A stretch of DNA of 64,000 bases from a virus. Below, in pieces: positions 13,303 through 22,568 of the stretch (within the stretch, counting starts at the first letter, position 1; every line of letters begins with the position of its first letter). The notes beneath the pieces are model-generated. The model was not told the origin of the DNA and did no database searches. It saw only the letters and a program-made list of their open reading frames with translations. The position numbers and the translations under genes were made by a program. The DNA lies in IMG/VR virus record IMGVR_UViG_3300027747_001027, positions 3,806-67,805 of that record; one strand, given 5' to 3'.

Positions 13303-14463
13303 CTATCCGGAAATCCTACTTACAAGACCTTTAACAAAATCATCTGTATCTACTTTAGTATAGTCAACTGACTTTGCTGTCTCAGTTGGAGTTTTGGGAG
13401 AATTTCCACCAGCAGCAGCAGGAGTGCCGCCGCGAAGCTTGACGTTATTCTCTTTTGTTTCACTCAACTCTTTCTGCAATGAAGAGATTTGATCAACCAA
13501 GTCTGGAAGAACAGTTGCTCCAAGGATGCCATAAACCTTAAGGTTCTCAGGCCACTCATCGTAACCCATGATTTCTTTTTGAAGCTTATTAATGTCTGGA
13601 CGCTTGTCTTCCGGCAATAAATTAAATACTTTCTCGCTAATCTTTGGCAAAACTTCGCTCACAGCAGTTTCACGTTGAGCAATATATTGCTGATACTGCT
13701 CTTGTTGTTCCTTGCTATTGCGCTCCATTGATGCCTCATACGCAGCTTTAGAGTTAGACTCAAGCTCAGACTTGCGCTTCTCGATCTGCAAAAGATTATC
13801 GGCTAATGCCCATACCTTTGTCTTGTCACGCTCAGACCAATCTGCAATTACCGATTCCAGTTTAGCCGGATCACCGTTGCTGTCAGCTTGAAGCGCGTCA
13901 ATTAAATCACCAGTATCAGTCTGATTCCGTTTAGAAAAGAACTCGGCGTCTTGGATGATTTGATTTAACGGTTCAGTAATATACTGCTTCCACTCGCGTG
14001 TTGACTGAACCCTAGACATATACAGCTCGCCATCGAGCTCTTCACGCTCTTGCTGAATTGCTTCAAGCTGCTCTTTAAGTTCAGCTACTTCTTTAGCCGA
14101 TTGCTGATACTCATCTCCTTTAGCTTTTAATTCAGCCAGTTCACGCTGTGCGTTTTTTAAATCATACTCAGCTTGCTTAAGTTCCTTCCAGCGAATCTTC
14201 GCCTTATCTTCAGATGGCTCTACTTCGGACTGAACATCTTTACTAACAACTTCAGCTTTATGCTTCTCTCCTCCTCCTTCAGACTGAGCTTGTGGTTCTT
14301 GCTTGGCTTCCGTTGTTGTAGCAGCTTGAGTAGGCTCAATAGGCTTGCTTTCTTTAGGCGGCTGGACTGATAGGTCATTGTTTGCAATTGATGTTAGCGC
14401 ACTCCTAAGATTGGAAATTGCTGAATCTGTTGTTGCTGGTGCTTCTTGTGCTTGTTCGGACAT
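13303..14463 (-). CDS. putative capsid scaffolding protein
   Basis: Acidic coiled coil directly upstream of the capsid gene. Confidence 0.65.
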   Translation of the reverse strand: MSEQAQEAPATTDSAISNLRSALTSIANNDLSVQPPKESKPIEPTQAATTTEAKQEPQAQSEGGGEKHKAEVVSKDVQSEVEPSEDKAKIRWKELKQAEYDLKNAQRELAELKAKGDEYQQSAKEVAELKEQLEAIQQEREELDGELYMSRVQSTREWKQYITEPLNQIIQDAEFFSKRNQTDTGDLIDALQADSNGDPAKLESVIADWSERDKTKVWALADNLLQIEKRKSELESNSKAAYEASMERNSKEQQEQYQQYIAQRETAVSEVLPKISEKVFNLLPEDKRPDINKLQKEIMGYDEWPENLKVYGILGATVLPDLVDQISSLQKELSETKENNVKLRGGTPAAAGGNSPKTPTETAKSVDYTKVDTDDFVKGLVSRISG

Positions 14464-14468
14464 ATGTT

Positions 14469-14600
14469 TTATTTCTTGATACCTACACGATGACGATCTC
14501 CCCAAGATTTATTCTTGGTTGAAACGCTCGTCTTTTTACCCATAGTTGACGTTGTTTTGGTTGCCATTGGTTTAGCTGACATTTCTTTTTCTTTCATCAT
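14469..14600 (-). CDS. small basic protein
   Basis: Fills the gap; SWGDRHRVGIKK. Confidence 0.4.
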   Translation of the reverse strand: MMKEKEMSAKPMATKTTSTMGKKTSVSTKNKSWGDRHRVGIKK

Positions 14601-14604
14601 AATA

Positions 14605-14943
14605 TTACTCCGATTGATTGTTTGTTTCCATTGATAGGCGTTCTGCCTCCAATATTTCATCCTCCGTATATAATCCGGTGGACAAAAGTTTTCTGCGAGC
14701 TTGGACTATATACTCTTTGTCCAAATCATTCAATCTCTTTTGATTAACTTTAGTAAGAAGAACAAGTTTATTAAAGAACTCTTCAGCTCCAATTGTCTTT
14801 GCTGCCTCAATATCAGTAGGGGCTTTAGGTGAGCATTCTTGCCTTACGATAGTAATTGCTTCTTTTAATACTGGTGTCTCTAAGATTGATTCTAGCTTTG
14901 ATACTTTGTCAGAGTTTAATTGAAATAGTTGTCGTTGTGTCAT
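14605..14943 (-). CDS. hypothetical protein after portal
   Basis: ATGA overlap with the portal stop. Confidence 0.65.
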   Translation of the reverse strand: MTQRQLFQLNSDKVSKLESILETPVLKEAITIVRQECSPKAPTDIEAAKTIGAEEFFNKLVLLTKVNQKRLNDLDKEYIVQARRKLLSTGLYTEDEILEAERLSMETNNQSE

Positions 14944-17243
14944 GCTCTTATGCCTTGTGTTTGAATTTTGCTCGCTACCTCTGCGTCACGTAATGCTAGT
15001 TTTTGAGAAGCTTCTTGTTGTCTCATAACCATTTTTTGTTGGTGAGTTTGCATATCCATTTCAAGCTTTGCCTGACGGACTGCTCGCTCCGAATCAATTT
15101 TAGCCAAAACAGCCGGATCAATTTGTGGTTGCTGCTCTTGCTGATCTTGCCCTTGCATCATTGCTTGACGTTGCTGTTCTCCCATTAACTTCTGAACCTT
15201 CAAAGTTCCATTGTGTAGAATCTCATCTGCGTTCTGAAGAACCTGACGGAACATTGCAGACTCACTACGCATCTGTGGGTCTTGAGACAGCAATTCAACG
15301 TGCTGTGCAACGTGTGCGTTAAGCGCATTGATTCCACCAAGCATAGGAGCCAACTGCATTGGATCAAGTTCAAGCAATTCTTGAGCTTGCGATACCAGCG
15401 GATTAAGTGCTTCCGTATGAATCTTTGCGTGAACAAGGTTGTTCTGACCATCGATGACTTGTATATTGCTGCCTGCAATTAGTTGATTGTTTTCAATTTG
15501 TGCAATTGATGCATCAACGGTTGGGCGATCAGACTCTCCAGGCTGCGTTGCATAACGTGCGGCATTCTCATAACCAGCAGTCTCAGATGCAATATCCCAA
15601 ATAAGGTTTTGTTTACCAAAGTCTGGAAGACTACCAAAGATACCCATGAGTCGATCAAATGAAACCATACGAGCAGCCTCTGATCCCGCGCCAACTGGTT
15701 TGGTAATGCGAAGCCTATCAACATCAAGATTGAAGAATGCTTCGAGATACCTATCCTTGGCTCCAAATGATTCTGAACCTCTACGCAATAGACGCTTGTG
15801 AAGTTCTACGACATACTTGCCACCAGGTTCACGTGCATCGTAGTCTTTACGCTTCATCCTACGAACCATCTCACGCATAAGTGATTCCCACGGGTCAAAG
15901 AATAAGTTCAAACTTGACACACTCATTTTAGCAATATTGCTAAGTTCAGCGCGTACTTGTGTTGCTGACTTCTCAATGGATGTATTAACTAGCGACTCGG
16001 TATTATAGCTTGATGTGCGCTCACGGAACAACTGAGTAAATGCACTGACGATTGGAAGCGTTCCACTTGATACATTGGGAACTATAGTATCCTTAATCAC
16101 GTCAATTCCTGGTGAAAGCAAATTATAGATTCCATTTGGAATGAACTGCATCTCTTGCAAAGCAGTCTCATCTTTCGGCTGGAACGTAGGGGCAGAACCA
16201 AATGATGCAATCTCCAGCAACGAGCAGTATGCGCGATTCAACGCGCCATTGATTGCAAAGACATCGTACCCTTGCCCGCGAACCCCATGATAGTATCCAT
16301 TAGTTCCAACTCCATATGTGAATACGGTATAGGCTTGATAGCTATTCTCAAACCGACCTACTTTCTTGTATAGGAAATCTTGAACCGAATTGTCGTCATT
16401 GATCATGTAATGTGATACACGATTATCAAACTCAGTAACCCAAAGGTGAACAACGCGAATTGATTGTTGATTAGCAGCCTGAGTTGTGAAGAACAAATCA
16501 TTGTTCCTCAATTCCATTTCTAGCTTTTCCCAGTCGTATTGCCTAAAGTTATAATAATTGTTGTTATTATTTACAGACTGGATGATAGCCCTACGACAAA
16601 CCTCAATGTTAAATCCATGAATCTTTGCAGTCTCCTCATCTTTAATCAACTGATAAAGCTGTGTGGGGCTATAGAAACGCAAGCAAGCGGCAACGTCGAT
16701 GTTGTCTTGACCAATCTCAGTCTTACGAGGAATCTTAAAGTCGGACATATCCGTAGACTTCCAGCGCCAATCCCACTCATCATTGAACATTACAACTCCA
16801 ACACCATGTTTGATAAAGCTATTGCAAAGCCTTAAATATGTTGGAAAGAAGTTTCTCCAAGAGCGGATTGCTGCTGTAACCTCTTGCGCTACAACTTGAG
16901 AAAGTTCATCTTGCTCAGTCTGTGATCCGTAAAGTGTAGGGCATGAAAAGAATGTTTGCGGCGCATTAATAATATCCGTATATCCCGCCATCGCAGTATC
17001 AAGGACTTGCTTTGCAAATCCCCAAGATACGTTTACTCGATATGATTGTCCGGCATTAATCAATGCCCTCTCGTCGTATGGTCGTTCATTGTCATACGCA
17101 GCATCAATCTTGCTGCGATCAAAAGCAGAAACGGCATCCGCTCGTCGTAGTGTCTCCCAAATCTCATAGGCTGACTTAGCATCTTTAATACGCGAAACAG
17201 GAGGCGTTCCGTTATTGGAAAGTGTTTCTAATACATCGCTCAT
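14940..17243 (-). CDS. portal protein
   Basis: 767 aa; FIKHGVGV, GYYHGVRG, KSATQV and a Gln-rich C-terminal coil; position before scaffold and capsid. Confidence 0.8.
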   Translation of the reverse strand: MSDVLETLSNNGTPPVSRIKDAKSAYEIWETLRRADAVSAFDRSKIDAAYDNERPYDERALINAGQSYRVNVSWGFAKQVLDTAMAGYTDIINAPQTFFSCPTLYGSQTEQDELSQVVAQEVTAAIRSWRNFFPTYLRLCNSFIKHGVGVVMFNDEWDWRWKSTDMSDFKIPRKTEIGQDNIDVAACLRFYSPTQLYQLIKDEETAKIHGFNIEVCRRAIIQSVNNNNNYYNFRQYDWEKLEMELRNNDLFFTTQAANQQSIRVVHLWVTEFDNRVSHYMINDDNSVQDFLYKKVGRFENSYQAYTVFTYGVGTNGYYHGVRGQGYDVFAINGALNRAYCSLLEIASFGSAPTFQPKDETALQEMQFIPNGIYNLLSPGIDVIKDTIVPNVSSGTLPIVSAFTQLFRERTSSYNTESLVNTSIEKSATQVRAELSNIAKMSVSSLNLFFDPWESLMREMVRRMKRKDYDAREPGGKYVVELHKRLLRRGSESFGAKDRYLEAFFNLDVDRLRITKPVGAGSEAARMVSFDRLMGIFGSLPDFGKQNLIWDIASETAGYENAARYATQPGESDRPTVDASIAQIENNQLIAGSNIQVIDGQNNLVHAKIHTEALNPLVSQAQELLELDPMQLAPMLGGINALNAHVAQHVELLSQDPQMRSESAMFRQVLQNADEILHNGTLKVQKLMGEQQRQAMMQGQDQQEQQPQIDPAVLAKIDSERAVRQAKLEMDMQTHQQKMVMRQQEASQKLALRDAEVASKIQTQGIRA

Positions 17244-18181
17244 TCTTCAGTTTCCTTTTGTTTTTTCTTTGAAGACTTATTACGTTGTTTATATGATTTA
17301 GATTGCGGCTCTGAATCAGAGTATGTCGCATCTTCGATATCTTCCATAATGTCTTCAGCGTCTTCAACTGAAAGGTTTTTTATCATTTTCATATCATCAT
17401 TACTATTGTCCAACAATAACTTAAATAAAGAACTATCTTTGCAACCATGCACAAGAACAGCACTTTTATCCACTGGTTTATTCCAATGAATATCCCAAGC
17501 TAAATTGGCATCTGAATCACATACAATGTTTTCACCTTCATGGCGATAGTTTTTTGTACGCCAATTATTTTGAATTAAATTTGAGTCATTTAATTGCTTA
17601 ACAACATACCACTGGATGATATGAGTCCAATGCCTATTGGACATTGACATTGAGTTCAGTACAGGTGAAAGACAGATTTCCTTAGAATACACTCCAATTG
17701 GAGCCATGCGTTGACCAGCAAGAGATTCTGGTAGAAGCTCTCCGTTCTTTCCCTCGTACACGCGCTCTTTAGCACCTAGATAAATACGGGGACTGCGCTT
17801 TTCTTTAACGGCCTTTGTTGTATCTGCATAGTATTCAGCGGATATAATATCAAGCCAATTGTTCTTTAGGATTGTTGTATCAAGTTCAAACCACATGAAT
17901 GCATCAGCATCTTTCTTTCCGGCAATATGACGGCATAGTTGCTGGAAATAGAAGTTGCACGACATAGGCCAGCCAAGCATCGTGTCATCAATAATTAGAG
18001 TCTCAGATGCGTCAAACAAATGTTTAATCTTCTTATCAAGCTCAAGTACATCTTGCTCAACTTCACGTGATCCAAATATAATTACTTCATGGTCTGACCC
18101 AGGCTTAAATGATTCAAGTGATTTAACAAGGTTAGGGATCAAGTGACGATCATGCCTCGATACTGGTATTGTAATCTTCAT
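17240..18181 (-). CDS. GT-A fold glycosyltransferase-like protein
   Basis: ITIPVS, GWPMSCN, FMWFELDTTIL (ExD), LVHGCKD. Confidence 0.6.
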   Translation of the reverse strand: MKITIPVSRHDRHLIPNLVKSLESFKPGSDHEVIIFGSREVEQDVLELDKKIKHLFDASETLIIDDTMLGWPMSCNFYFQQLCRHIAGKKDADAFMWFELDTTILKNNWLDIISAEYYADTTKAVKEKRSPRIYLGAKERVYEGKNGELLPESLAGQRMAPIGVYSKEICLSPVLNSMSMSNRHWTHIIQWYVVKQLNDSNLIQNNWRTKNYRHEGENIVCDSDANLAWDIHWNKPVDKSAVLVHGCKDSSLFKLLLDNSNDDMKMIKNLSVEDAEDIMEDIEDATYSDSEPQSKSYKQRNKSSKKKQKETEE

Positions 18182-18182
18182 A

Positions 18183-18539
18183 TTAAAATAGCATTGAAAA
18201 TGTTGCCTTGAACCTTATTGGAGACGCTGGATGCCTGTCATCAACGAATTCTTGGCAGTTCACCTTCCTCCACACCCGCCGAGGCATAAAGAAACCATAC
18301 TCATAAATGCCGCGAGAAATAATGATAACTTTAAAGCCTGCCCTATCAAGCACGAATCCGCTTCCTCCAATCGCCCGTGATACCGCAAGAGCAAGTGGAG
18401 ACTTTGTAGGGTTGTGTTTAATTCCGTTAACATAATCTTCTGGTTTAACAATAATTTCAAAATCTACATCTTGACGCTTCTCGTCAATAAAAATTTCAGA
18501 CTTTGTTTTCCTAAACCCAAGTTCCTGTAATAGTGTCAT
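18183..18539 (-). CDS. hypothetical protein
   Basis: First gene of the leftward operon. Confidence 0.55.
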   Translation of the reverse strand: MTLLQELGFRKTKSEIFIDEKRQDVDFEIIVKPEDYVNGIKHNPTKSPLALAVSRAIGGSGFVLDRAGFKVIIISRGIYEYGFFMPRRVWRKVNCQEFVDDRHPASPIRFKATFSMLF

Positions 18540-18619
18540 TGCGAATATAAAATTAACACACTTACATTTTATTGCAATAACTAATTGCGATAATTTTTAT
18601 TTATTGTAATATTTTTTCA

Positions 18620-20413
18620 ATGAATTTTGCTCCTATTTTTGGCGACCCAATGGAAGGCTACTTGCACCAATATGGGTTTAACTGGCGTAAGGGAACTCAC
18701 CAAATAGCTATTGAGTTGGCTATGTTCCGAGAAAAGATAACTCAAAGAATTCCCAAAGACACTGGAGATGTTGATACGTTCTTTCACTTCCAAAGGATAG
18801 CGAGGGCATTTTGGCCTGAGCGTGATAACAAGGCTGCTGTTAACTTTATCTGGCATCCTTGGGCTGAACGGATGATCCGCGCTGCCTGCGACCATGAATA
18901 TCTTGCAATAGCTGGCTCAGGCGGTTGTGGTAAGTCGGAAGCATATGCAATCTGGGCGATCATCAACTACCTTGCAGATCCAGAGAACACTACGGTTCTT
19001 GCAACGTCCACTACGATTAAGGCATCTAAGCAGCGCATTTGGGGTAAGATAACAAGATACTGGGGTGTGTGCGAACAGCTTTCACTTCCTGGTCATCTCG
19101 TTGATTCTGAAAACAAGATTAGCTTTGTTGGTGCTGGAGGTAAAAGATCAGACCTTTCCGGCATTGTCCTTATTCCAGGCGAAAAGAAGAAGGAACGTGA
19201 CGCTACTGGTAAGATGCAGGGTATTCACAATAAGAACGTAATATTTGTAGCTGACGAGCTTTCTGAGCTATCTGAGGCTATTACTGAAGTTGCATTCTTC
19301 AACTTGTCCAAAGGTTGTGAACGGTTCCAGTTTATCGGAATTTCTAACCCTGCTTCGTATGTAGATGCTTTTGGTAAGTTTGCTAAACCTAAGGATGGAT
19401 GGGATTCAATTGACGTAGATGACGAAGAGTGGAAGACAGATCGCGGAGTGTGCTTGCACTTTGATGGGTTAAAGAATCCTAACATGGTTGCGAGAAAGAA
19501 GATTTACTCATGGATGGAAGGACCGCAAGACTTTGATAAGATTCCAGAAGATGCCAAGAATACTTCTTCGTTCTGGCGAATGTATCGTGGATTCTGGTGT
19601 CCTGCCGGTATCACAGATCAGATATACTCGGAAGTTGAGATACTTAACTCTAATGCTACTGACAAGGCGATATGGCTTGATAACGACAAGGTTAAGGTAG
19701 CGTTCCTTGATCCATCATTCACTAACGGAGGAGATAGAACTGTTTTATACTTTGGCACTGTTGGAAAGCTTGCTGAACCGCATGGCTATCGTGGACTGCA
19801 ATACGACGAGTACCTTGTATTCAGTGAAGATGTTACCGACAAATCCATGACAAGATCACAGCAAGTTGTGCAGTGGTTCCGTAATGAGTGCTTGGCTAGA
19901 GGGGTTCAGCCCAAGAATGCTGGATACGATAAGTCTGGAGCTGGTGGTCCGTTAGGAGACTTTATCTCGGTAGCATGGTCAAAAGAAGTGTATGGTCTTC
20001 AGTTTGGCGGGAGAGCCTCCGATAATCCGGTGTCAGCCTACGACCCAACACCATCACATGAAAGGTACGTTAACTCGGTATCTGAGATTTGGTATTCAGC
20101 TAAGGAGTATATGCGAACTGGTCAGATCAAAGGGATTGGCGATGACCTGTTACGTGAGATGTGCATGAGAAAGCTCGACCCTAATGGAGAGAAGAACCTA
20201 GCTCTCCGTATCAAAGTTCTGCCTAAGTCTGAAATGAAATCAAGGTTTGGAATATCACCCGACATTGCTGACGCTGGAATGGGCCTATTAGCTCTCGCAA
20301 GGGAGAGGTTGAACCTAGACAGCACACAAGCAACAAAAGCGTTAAATACGAACAATAAGACGGCAAGCTCTGGATGGAAGCAAGCGTTCAGTAAATTTCG
20401 TTCTATTTACTAA
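18620..20413 (+). CDS. terL: terminase large subunit
   Basis: Walker A GSGGCGKS, Walker B FVADELS, GISNP, RNase H-like AFLDPS...GGDRT, SPDIADA. Confidence 0.9.
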   Translation: MNFAPIFGDPMEGYLHQYGFNWRKGTHQIAIELAMFREKITQRIPKDTGDVDTFFHFQRIARAFWPERDNKAAVNFIWHPWAERMIRAACDHEYLAIAGSGGCGKSEAYAIWAIINYLADPENTTVLATSTTIKASKQRIWGKITRYWGVCEQLSLPGHLVDSENKISFVGAGGKRSDLSGIVLIPGEKKKERDATGKMQGIHNKNVIFVADELSELSEAITEVAFFNLSKGCERFQFIGISNPASYVDAFGKFAKPKDGWDSIDVDDEEWKTDRGVCLHFDGLKNPNMVARKKIYSWMEGPQDFDKIPEDAKNTSSFWRMYRGFWCPAGITDQIYSEVEILNSNATDKAIWLDNDKVKVAFLDPSFTNGGDRTVLYFGTVGKLAEPHGYRGLQYDEYLVFSEDVTDKSMTRSQQVVQWFRNECLARGVQPKNAGYDKSGAGGPLGDFISVAWSKEVYGLQFGGRASDNPVSAYDPTPSHERYVNSVSEIWYSAKEYMRTGQIKGIGDDLLREMCMRKLDPNGEKNLALRIKVLPKSEMKSRFGISPDIADAGMGLLALARERLNLDSTQATKALNTNNKTASSGWKQAFSKFRSIY

Positions 20414-20992
20414 TTAAATTTTGCATAAAACCATTTCAATAAATGCCTCAACTCTATTTGATTCCTCAAAAGTCTGATCTACATTTGCAGGAACACTGTA
20501 GTTATAGTTATTGTCTATCAGCATTACCCTCTTAGCGTAGCAGTATGGAGATAGTATTCCCAAGAATTGATAGATATTCACATGATGTCTTGATGGACTC
20601 TGCTCAAATGTAAAACTCCATGTACTTTTATGATCTGGATTATAGCGAGAAGGCCATACTCTTCCCTCATACAGCGTCCAATCTGGTATTGATATAATCG
20701 CATGCCCACCTGTCTTAACAATTTTTAGCCACTCTACCATTGCAGCACATGGGTCATGCATGTGTTCCAAGCATTGTGATGCGTGTAGGTAATCAAACTT
20801 ATCTGAGAAGTATTCGGATATTTTATTTGCGTCACCTTGCTCTTGATCAAATGCCATGCAGTTATTGTCCCACACCTTATCCGGCCCACACCCAACATCA
20901 ATTCCCTTTCCGCTTATAATCTGGTTCCAGTTGAATATCCCAAGCTCATCTTCAATCATCCTACGACGCATTGCCTTACTTGTCTCGTTCAT
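20414..20992 (-). CDS. class I SAM-dependent methyltransferase
   Basis: GIDVGCG, FDYLHASQCLEH, KTGG...IPD. Confidence 0.85.
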   Translation of the reverse strand: MNETSKAMRRRMIEDELGIFNWNQIISGKGIDVGCGPDKVWDNNCMAFDQEQGDANKISEYFSDKFDYLHASQCLEHMHDPCAAMVEWLKIVKTGGHAIISIPDWTLYEGRVWPSRYNPDHKSTWSFTFEQSPSRHHVNIYQFLGILSPYCYAKRVMLIDNNYNYSVPANVDQTFEESNRVEAFIEMVLCKI

Positions 20993-21939
20993 ATATTTTC
21001 AAGCAATTCTTTTACGCGATTAATGTCATTTGCAAACCTATCCATGATTGGGTCAGGATTCTTATTAGCAATTGTTTCAGCAACTATCATGTCCTCAATT
21101 TCCAGTTTCTTGCCTGTAACTCCATTATTCCTTGCATGGTTTACAACAACGTCGAGTGCATAGCTATTAAATAGCTTCCCGTTTATTGTTAGATTCCAAC
21201 CACCAGGAGGCGACTCTTGCTTGTTTACTTTACCCATTGGTCGTTCTATATGAATCTTAGCTCCAGCTATCTCTGTATCAATAGTTCCGTTGTAGCAGAA
21301 TGTAGCGTTGTATCGTTTATAGATACAGTCTGGTTGCCACAAGCAAACCTCTTGGATGCTGCGGTGCTTTAGTCCTTCTGCTACGCAATTCGCTGAACTC
21401 TGGTTTCCGATAAAACAATCAGAGCTATTGATCGCGGTTGCAAGATGAAGATAGTCTTTAATCACAAGCCTCTTAACCTTGCCGAACCTGCGGCAAAACA
21501 ATTCATACTCATGGTCGTGCCCAACAAACAGAATTCTGTCTCCAAGAGTTTTAACAATATATATCCAAGGGAATAGCGGATTCGCATATCGCTCTGTCTT
21601 GTTAACAATAATCGTCCCGTTGTATTTAGATTCTTTAGGAGCGGATAACCATTGTTGTGAGAAATCTGTTTTCTGATTAACCCATGTTGCGTGATGATAT
21701 GCAAGCGGAACTCCCCACGGAAGTCCTTGCTTCCTAAAGTCAACGAATGATTTGTCAATATCCTGCGATTTAAAGCTGTCGCATTTATTAATATACGGTT
21801 GAAACTCAATAAGCGGAGCCAGCAATTTGACTGCCTTCGGATTGTTTTGAATGTAGTAATTCGCATTGTCAGCAGCAGACTTAACTACCGCCAAGCTTAA
21901 AACAATATCACCAAAATCTCGTTCATGTAAGAAGTTCAT
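20989..21939 (-). CDS. GT9 (heptosyltransferase-like) glycosyltransferase with C-terminal extension
   Basis: DFGDIVLSL, FIGNQSSANCVAEGL. Confidence 0.7.
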   Translation of the reverse strand: MNFLHERDFGDIVLSLAVVKSAADNANYYIQNNPKAVKLLAPLIEFQPYINKCDSFKSQDIDKSFVDFRKQGLPWGVPLAYHHATWVNQKTDFSQQWLSAPKESKYNGTIIVNKTERYANPLFPWIYIVKTLGDRILFVGHDHEYELFCRRFGKVKRLVIKDYLHLATAINSSDCFIGNQSSANCVAEGLKHRSIQEVCLWQPDCIYKRYNATFCYNGTIDTEIAGAKIHIERPMGKVNKQESPPGGWNLTINGKLFNSYALDVVVNHARNNGVTGKKLEIEDMIVAETIANKNPDPIMDRFANDINRVKELLENI

Positions 21940-22568
21940 TTTTCTATTCGTTTCCAGCAGTATTTAATGTTGTCAAACTCTTGGTTTATTTCGTCCGTTA
22001 ATCCTTCGCGCTGTATTTCAATTGGAACGTGAACAGCAGCCTTTAGAGAGCAGCTACACACAAGGCAAGCCCCCAAATCTTTATCTTGCTCTGTCTTTCT
22101 GTTCCCAATAATGGAACTCATTAAAGTAATAACAGCACCCATACAAGCCCCACATGAGAATTGTAACGTAACATTCATTGGGCAGTTAGCGCAAATAGAA
22201 GCCCTTCTTTCAGCCTCTGCTTGCGTTACAAATGCACTCTTGCCGGATAATGTAGATTGCGCCCATGCTTTCATCATTCCCAAAAAAGACAGAACTGAAG
22301 TTAACGAAAGTCTTCTCCTGTGTATTTTCTTCATATCAGCCCTCATACATGATCTGCCCCAGTGAGTATTCTGTTTGCACATTTCAGAGATAAACTCTTC
22401 TTCCCAAGTTGGCGTAAGGAATATCCCATTAGCGGCACAATGATTCTTGTATGCGTTGCAAATGGACTTGTAATCGTAGTGCTTGAATTCAATGCCTGTC
22501 TGTGGAACTTTAATCTTCCATCCACCATTAGGCGATGTTGACTTATCAATGTACTCGTATTCAATCAT
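21936..22568 (-). CDS. Cys-rich protein
   Basis: RASICANCPMN, CGAC, CLVCSCSLKA, CW. Confidence 0.7.
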   Translation of the reverse strand: MIEYEYIDKSTSPNGGWKIKVPQTGIEFKHYDYKSICNAYKNHCAANGIFLTPTWEEEFISEMCKQNTHWGRSCMRADMKKIHRRRLSLTSVLSFLGMMKAWAQSTLSGKSAFVTQAEAERRASICANCPMNVTLQFSCGACMGAVITLMSSIIGNRKTEQDKDLGACLVCSCSLKAAVHVPIEIQREGLTDEINQEFDNIKYCWKRIEK

